Shown here piece by piece: positions 55,926-64,000 of a DNA stretch of 64,000 nucleotides. The notes beneath the pieces were generated by a model. It had not been told where the DNA came from. It saw only the letters and a list, made by a program, of their open reading frames with translations, and made no database searches. The stretch comes from Octopus vulgaris (Eukaryota): positions 65,472,001 through 65,536,000 of the forward strand of contig OX597832.1 of assembly GCA_951406725.2 (NCBI GenBank). Direction: 5' to 3'. Position 1 is the stretch's first letter, and every line of letters starts with the position of its first letter. Both the position numbers and the translations under genes were made by a program.

Positions 55926-56527
<602 letters not shown>

Positions 56528-56737
56528 TATCTATGTATCTATCTCTCTCTATCTCTTTCTCTCTATCTATCTATCCGTATAAACACACACACACACGCAC
56601 ACACACACTCATATACAATACAGTGAGTAATTCCTTTTAGTACCACTAAATTTAACCTCTCTCCCCTGTGGATGTGGAAATAACTTCCCTAATATTAATA
56701 TTAATTATATATATAAATATATATATTTCACTTCGAG

Positions 56738-56795
56738 GATTGATTGATTGATTCTAGTTTCAGCTTATGAGCTGTGGCCATGCTGGGGCACCGCC
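56738..56795 (-). mobile_element. Isolated retroposon 3' tail with (AATC)n end
   Basis: Minus strand GGCGGTGCCCCAGCATGGCCACAGCTCATAAGCTGAAACTAG(AATC)n; a second copy is at 59560-59635. Confidence 0.7.
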
Positions 56796-57295
56796 ATATA
56801 TACTTATCGGGATGAAATCTTTCTAGTTACACTGCTTTCATACCCTATATTTACGAAAAAATTCACATCAATACAAATGAGTATATTAAAATGTAGAATA
56901 TGGTAAACAAGAAGAAAATGGAGAGTACATAGATATAATTTAATTTGTTAATCTGACATATAATTCATTAAAATGCATACAAATGTTTCATTTTTACTCA
57001 ACACTAATTACAAATTTATAATAAATAAAAAGAAATTTTCATTAAGAATATTATACGAGTAAAATATCATCACGGCTAATAGACATTAAAAGATTATATG
57101 TTGTTAGGTTAAGATTTTATAACGGACTGAACTGAAGAAAAAGAAATCAATATGTCCGTTATAAATGTTTATGTCTATAGATTTTACTAATTTGTGCCTG
57201 TTTGTGTATGGATATTTGAAAGAATAAACGAATTCGTTAATTTATTCATGCTGTTGCGTTAGTATTTAAAAAAAGTAATAAAAATAAAAGCATAA

Positions 57296-57341
<46 letters not shown>

Positions 57342-57399
57342 CAAGAGAAAGAGAGACATAGAGAGCGAGGTATACTCACACACACACACGCACACACAA

Positions 57400-57448
<49 letters not shown>

Positions 57449-57914
57449 CGTATGTATACATATAAAGATATATGAATGCGTATATGCGTGTGTGAATCAA
57501 CAAGCACGTAGCGAACTAAAAGTACATACAGCGCTTTGTAACGTATTCATGATGAAATTCAATACTATTTTTTAAAGATTGGTATGTGTTTTTACGTATA
57601 AACAATAGGTTATATATACACAGTTGTGCCGTGTATCTATATATTAATGTGTATAATATATACATACACATCTATGTATACATACACATATAAGTGTGTG
57701 TCTTTGTGCATGTATATACACGTCCATCTTCACACACACACTTCTTCCCAAAAATGTATGTATAATATAATATAGATGCATTTATTCAGATTCAATATGT
57801 ATGAAATATTACATACAGTTCCCATCATTGTAATTTTTTATAAAGAAATACTAACGCATATATGGAGAAATAGTTCCTGAAATTTCTATACATTCTACAT
57901 TCATACGCAGATGC

Positions 57915-57967
<53 letters not shown>

Positions 57968-58010
57968 CGTATGCATGTATATAGATGTGTGCATATATAC
58001 GTATGTATGC

Positions 58011-58068
<58 letters not shown>

Positions 58069-58847
58069 TGTGTGTGTGTATTTATGGATATATCTATATT
58101 TATTACTATATATGGGCACGATGCACATATATAATCTTACCCCATCTCCTTGGAATGGGATAAAACTTTTACAAAAAAAACAGAATCAACAAAGAACGCA
58201 ATGTTTTTGGACGTTTTTTACTCTATGTAATATTTCATACATATTGAATCTTATATATGAACATTAAGATTTATTTCCATCAGTGACTTGTTGATTTATT
58301 TCAGAAAGGGACACACATACACTCAGATGTATAAAAATGTAAATACATATAAACACTGGAAGGAAAAATAGTTTGTATTTGTAACAAGGTTTAAATACTT
58401 ATTAATCAAATATCATTCTATGCAATACATTTCTGTCAATTTTGCATTATGTATAAAATCGTCGCAGGTATTGTATTGCTAGACTCTTCGAAATTGTTTA
58501 AATCTTAAGAAATTCGGTGATCGATTGTATTTCCTACAGAGTAATAGACAGAGAAATGCTCATTCGTCGCACGCAATCATATTCACCGATACAGCCATTC
58601 TTACAACGAGTACAGACCTTAAAACCCAGAGACGTACATGTGTATATATGAATATAGACACATACATGTGTATGCATATGCCCAGACTGTCAAAAAGTTT
58701 CCATATAGACGTGTACATTTTCCCCTCCTAAATGATATTATATATATATATATATATCATACATATAAACATGGATATACATATACATACAGTCATACAT
58801 GTGCATATATAAATATGTATGTATATATATATATATATATACATGTT

Positions 58848-58885
<38 letters not shown>

Positions 58886-59112
58886 TATACATATATACAT
58901 GTGTGTGCGTTTGTGTCTGTATATCTGTGTGTGTGTGTGTGTGTGTGTATACATATATACTTTGTGTATTTACTCTTTTCCATGATAGATTGAATATAGT
59001 TTTTCAAAAAGAGTACTCACGAAAAGACACAGACAGAGACACTGACATGGACACACGGGCTCACACACACGCTAACAGAAGTACTACACCAGACCACAGG
59101 TACATATATGCA

Positions 59113-59153
<41 letters not shown>

Positions 59154-59559
59154 GGAGATAGTAAGACAGATAAATAGATAGCTAAATAGATAGTTAGGTA
59201 CATACATACGCAGGCATATATTTATATATAAGTTTGAATACACACAAACACATCCTCACATAAATTCATCGAAACACACACACATACATAATCATAGATA
59301 GATTGTCTTTGGAGATATCTTCTGATATGATTAACGGAGTCTCTTGTATTTTTTCTTCACAATATTCTTTCTAGATTGTTAGCATATCTTGCTTTGTTGG
59401 AACAACAGATAAGAGACGGGTTTGATGAATTGCCAAACATTCGTATACAAGAAAAACAAAACTGAGCATAGTTTATTTTCTACTGACAAACGAACGTCTT
59501 ATTTTGAAATAATACACATGGTATTCATAAGTACAACATCCACATACATACTTATGAAT

Positions 59560-59635
59560 GATTGATTGATTGATTCTAGTTTCAGCTCATGAGCTGTGGC
59601 CATGCTGGGGCAACGCCATTGGGGTGCCCCAGCAT
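59560..59635 (-). mobile_element. Isolated retroposon 3' tail with (AATC)n end and short 5' inversion
   Basis: Same sequence as 56738-56795, plus an ATGCTGGGGCA...TGCCCCAGCAT inverted duplication. Confidence 0.7.
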
Positions 59636-59688
59636 ATATATATGTATATACATATATATTTATATTTATATATATATTTATGCTCATG

Positions 59689-59722
<34 letters not shown>

Positions 59723-59827
59723 CATTCCGGGAAAGTCATTTTTCTCTTTTCTTTGCCAAATAAACACACGCACAATATATTCGTTCTTCACCCGTTTACT
59801 ATTGTTCTTATTTTATCTTATGTCAAT

Positions 59828-59872
59828 TGTCCAGAAATCTTTCGTCACTCAGACTTGACCACTTCAGTAACA
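59828..59872 (-). ncRNA. Degenerate minimal hammerhead-like motif
   Basis: Minus strand TGTTA-CTGAAGT-GGTCA-AGTCTGAG-TGAC-GAAA-GATTTC-TGGACA. Confidence 0.4.
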
Positions 59873-60119
59873 CTTTCCGACTTCGTGCATACGCCTGCAC
59901 TGCGTAGCGCATTGGACTGATTCCTGATTACATCCGGAATCTTAAAACACAAATTTATAAACTTATGTATATATATATAACAGCTGGAACAAAGACCCAT
60001 ACAGTAGGGGTGATGTGAAACACCCGAGACTGAGCAAATCTACAAAACCTAGATGGTGATACAGCATGACCACAGCCGCCTGGCTAAAACGAGTAAAAGA
60101 TTAAGGTCATATACACATA

Positions 60120-60327
60120 TTATTTCCTACTCTAGGCACAATTTTAGGGGAAAGGGCCAGTCGATTAGATCGACCTGAGTACGCGACTGGTACTTAATTT
60201 ATCGCCCCCGATACGATGGAAGGCAAAGTGGAATTTGTTGGAATTAGAACTCACAACGTAAAGACGCACGAAATACTGCTAAGGATTTCGCCCGTAGTGC
60301 TAACATTTCTGCCAGCTGGTCGCCTTT
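60120..60327 (-). mobile_element. SINE family B copy
   Basis: The minus strand begins AAAGGCGACCAGCTGGCAGAAATGTTAGCACTACGGGCGAAATCCTTAGCAGTATTTCG...GAGTTCTAATTCC. Confidence 0.75.
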
Positions 60328-60382
60328 ATACACATATATATTAATATATGTATTTATTTTTAATGGGTCTCTTCCTAAAAGA

Positions 60383-60436
<54 letters not shown>

Positions 60437-60471
60437 GTTTATTATATATGTTAAATTACATACATACATAC

Positions 60472-60518
<47 letters not shown>

Positions 60519-61012
60519 GTGTATTGATACTAATTTATAATTAAAGTCTTGTTCCTAAAATATATTATACAGACACACACACACACACACAGACACACAT
60601 ATATACATAAATCTTGGGAATTATATATGATGATGTAGATTAAAACATAGGTGTATATATGCGTATATATTTATATATAGTAGTCAAACTATGCTGTGTT
60701 ATATCCATCCCGATGCTGCTATTTATTTCGCAATTTTTTTTTCTCCTATTCCTTTACTTATATGCGACATTTACTCGAATGAAATGCTTCCTTGAAATTA
60801 TTAATTTCAAATATGATTCTTATTTCACGACTTGACTGTGACGAATCCGATGAGCATATATACCAACATTTACAGTGGGACATTTCTGTATCAATATCTA
60901 CTCACAAATTGTAAAATCAACTTTGATTTTGTTCCTTGTGACATTTCAGTCAATAGAAACCGCTTTACTGTGCTGCACTGAAAATGAAATCCCGATACAG
61001 TTGAATGTCACG

Positions 61013-61084
<72 letters not shown>

Positions 61085-61849
61085 TTCTAAATACATGTGT
61101 GGCGTTCAATTTCCACGTAGCTTTATCTAAATGGTTTTGAAGCGAATCTACTCTGTACTGTTCTCTCACCCATCCTTCTCTAATTTTTTCTGTCTCCCCC
61201 TTCCCGTACTCTATCTGTTTCCCTCTCTCTCTCTTTTGCTCTCTCGTTGCTCACATGTGAGCATCCGCCATCTTTCTTATTCCCACGTTACCAGTTTTCT
61301 CTTCCCTCAAGACGTCATAAGTAAAGGACGTCTTCTATCTCTCTCTTATATCTTTTCTTTTTTCACAGAAGATATTTCTTCAGCGTTCACCACTTGCCCT
61401 CGTTCTCGATTAACGACCGTCCATGTTTGTTTTCGTTCGGTTTCCTTGTATGTCTCCGCTGTCCTGTTTTTTGTTCCCAAATTTGACCCTCCATAAATTC
61501 AAAATTTTAATTTGGTATATATGAGTGCAACTGTTTTCGAAGATTCCTATTGTCGTTTAATGTTCGGAATGAGGAGAAGCTAGACAGCCGAAAACTGATG
61601 AAAGGATGTTCTTTGTGTTACTAGTCCTGCTTTCCATTTTTTCTCTCGTTGCTTGCGTATTTAAGTCATTTGTTTTCGTATTTCATGTTTACTGTTGGTG
61701 ACGTCCTGTGCCCATATATGAATGTATATATACATATAATTATGTGTGTGTGTGATTATGTGCATACCCCCCCCCCACATATATATATATAAATATATAC
61801 ATGTATGTATATATTTATTAATATATATGTATGTATATGCATAAATGTT

Positions 61850-62060
61850 TATTCTTTTATTCTTTTACTTGTTTCAGTATTTTCACTGTTGCCATGCTCC
61901 AGTGCCGCATTTAGTCGAAGGAATCGACTCCTGGACTTATACTTTGTAAGTCCGGTACTTATTCTATCAGTCGTTTTGGCCGAACTGCTAAGTTTTGGAG
62001 GTAGTAATTACACCAACAACGGTTATCAAACGATGGTGAGGAAAAATACAGAAACACCAA
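61850..62060 (-). mobile_element. SINE family A 3' half
   Basis: TTTTACTTGTTTCAGT...GCCATGCTCCAGTGCCGCATTTAGTCGA...GCCGAACTGCTAAGTT. Confidence 0.7.
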
Positions 62061-62085
62061 CACATACATCTGTACATATCTATAT

Positions 62086-62167
<82 letters not shown>

Positions 62168-62169
62168 CC

Positions 62170-62214
<45 letters not shown>

Positions 62215-62219
<5 letters not shown>

Positions 62220-62519
62220 AGAATGAGTTAAGAATCAACGGCTGTGGAAGATTTCAGAACACTGTTTTTTGTTTTGGGGATATTTTACATAGCCCTTCAT
62301 CGTAGTGAGAAAATGGTTAAGCAATGGTTATTATAGATAAGATATGAAATAGAGTTTGAAGTGGAGGAATGAAAATAGGAAAAACGAATGAATATACAGG
62401 AATATTGCATCTCCAGTTTCATTATTTAAGCAGAATGGTATACATACAAGATTCCTGTACCTTACACTTAATTTCCTGACACCTTTGGGTCTTCTTGACA
62501 CCATTACCTCTCATAACCT
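62215..62519 (-). mobile_element. Second, inverted copy of the 55961-56432 Penelope-like remnant
   Basis: Shares GTACAGGAA..TATGTATACCATT.TGCTTAAATAATG, AACCATTTTCTC and CGATGAAGGG..AAAATATCC; the first 36 bp are identical. Confidence 0.7.
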
Positions 62520-62738
62520 ATATATATATTTAATATATTCGTTTTGCAAGATCCTTGATGTGGACTCGTGTGTTGAGACAGATATTGTTGTATTGCGAGT
62601 TTAGCCAATGAAATCACACACACGATTTATTCGAAAGAACTCTGCCCGAAATATAATTAATATGAAATAAAGCTGCAGCAAACGAACACCGACTAAATTG
62701 GCAATACGACCATCCCCGAATACAACACCACACACACA

Positions 62739-62843
<105 letters not shown>

Positions 62844-62864
62844 GTATGTACATATGTACATATT

Positions 62865-62914
<50 letters not shown>

Positions 62915-63329
62915 CACGGAATAAGAGAGGGAGAAAGAGAGGGCGAGAGAGATACATATATTTGTATATGTATGGTGTTTGCAGCCGATGCAATTCAAAG
63001 CAGCTCTTGTTACCCATTTCACAATATCAAATGGAAATGGAAACATATACATGTCAGATTGTATCGTTCTAGTTGTGTCTCGTACATTTACATGCAGAAA
63101 CATACACACATGGCACATGTCGATACACACACGCACACACGCACACCTATATGTATATGCATACACAAAGACATTTATATATACCAACATATATATATAT
63201 ATAAGGAAGGATAGGAAAATAGGGAGCAGTGAAATGAATAATAATATTAATAATAATAATAACATTTTATTAAAAAATTTATTTATTAGACATTCACTAG
63301 TACAACACCAAAAAACTCCCAAATATATG

Positions 63330-63437
63330 GCACACTAGGCATAACAACAACGTGAACTTCCAACCTGTTGTCTCTTGTGGTCTCTGGGTGAGACTTGGAG
63401 CCAACTTGTACAAACCTTAAAGCAAAAGTCAAACATA

Positions 63438-63518
<81 letters not shown>

Positions 63519-63532
63519 TAATAATAATAATA
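63330..63532 (+). mobile_element. Probable R4/Dong-type 3' UTR plus (AAT)n tail
   Basis: GGTCTCTGGGTGAGACTTGG...AAAAGTCAAACATAG runs directly into (AAT)n. Assigned by context only. Confidence 0.4.
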
Positions 63533-63814
63533 ATATGGTTGTGATGCATGTGCCTGGTATGCCCTTATGACACATATGGTTGTGATGCATGTGCCTGGTA
63601 TGCCCTTATCACACATATGGTTGTGATGCATGTGCCTGGTATGCCCTTATCACACATGGTTGTGATGCATGTGCCTGGTATGCCCTTATCACACATATGG
63701 TTGTGATGCATGTGCCTGGTATGCCCTTATCACACATATGGTTGTGATGCATGTGCCTGGTATGCCCTTATCACACATATCGTTGTGATGCATGTGCCTG
63801 GTATGCCCTTATCA
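63533..63814 (+). repeat. 41-bp minisatellite, ~7 copies
   Basis: Unit CACATATGGTTGTGATGCATGTGCCTGGTATGCCCTTATCA; near reverse complement of 4151-4191. Confidence 0.95.
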
Positions 63815-64000
63815 AAAGATGGGCTACAGCAAATATTCTGCTCAATACCACAGATTTGCTTGTCAGTTGTTTGACTTTAACCAGTTGAGCATGTCCCTTA
63901 GTGGCTGACGATATGTGCATCTCTGATCACGAACAGAAGTAGTGGGGGAGCATCATAGCCATGTGTTGAGAGGGATTCTTTGGGGTTTGAATAATTCACC
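63815..64000 (+). repeat. Unclassified TAA-associated repeat, third copy (runs off window)
   Basis: AAAGATGGGCTACAGC...TTAACCAGTTGAGCATGTCCCTTAGTGGCTGACG is the reverse complement of the 4350-4469 and 5966-6035 pieces. Confidence 0.85.

Noticed and set aside
63533-63814. CRISPR-like regular repeat
   Set aside because: The units are head-to-tail with no unique spacers, there are no cas genes, and the context is eukaryotic.

Overview
AT-rich, microsatellite-saturated animal DNA. I could not support any host protein-coding gene. The repeat content resembles octopus/cephalopod genomes, but that assignment is an inference. The window is a dense pile of nested transposons. It holds a ~6.2-kb Tx1/L1-clade LINE inside an (ATT)n tract, whose ORF1 is cleanly split by a 386-bp non-autonomous Helitron. 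At least eight R4/Dong-type (restriction-like endonuclease) LINE fragments are tied to (TAA)n tracts, one with an exact 16-bp target-site duplication. There is also a decayed ~3-kb autonomous-type Helitron, maT/DD37D-like, mariner and Tigger/pogo remnants, several MITE/foldback elements, at least three SINE families and an intron-type tRNA-Leu pseudogene. Many Penelope-like remnants carry minimal hammerhead-ribozyme motifs and long inverted repeats. Almost all ORFs in the supplied track are microsatellite read-through artefacts. Coordinates were counted by eye, and the boundaries of decayed elements are approximate.
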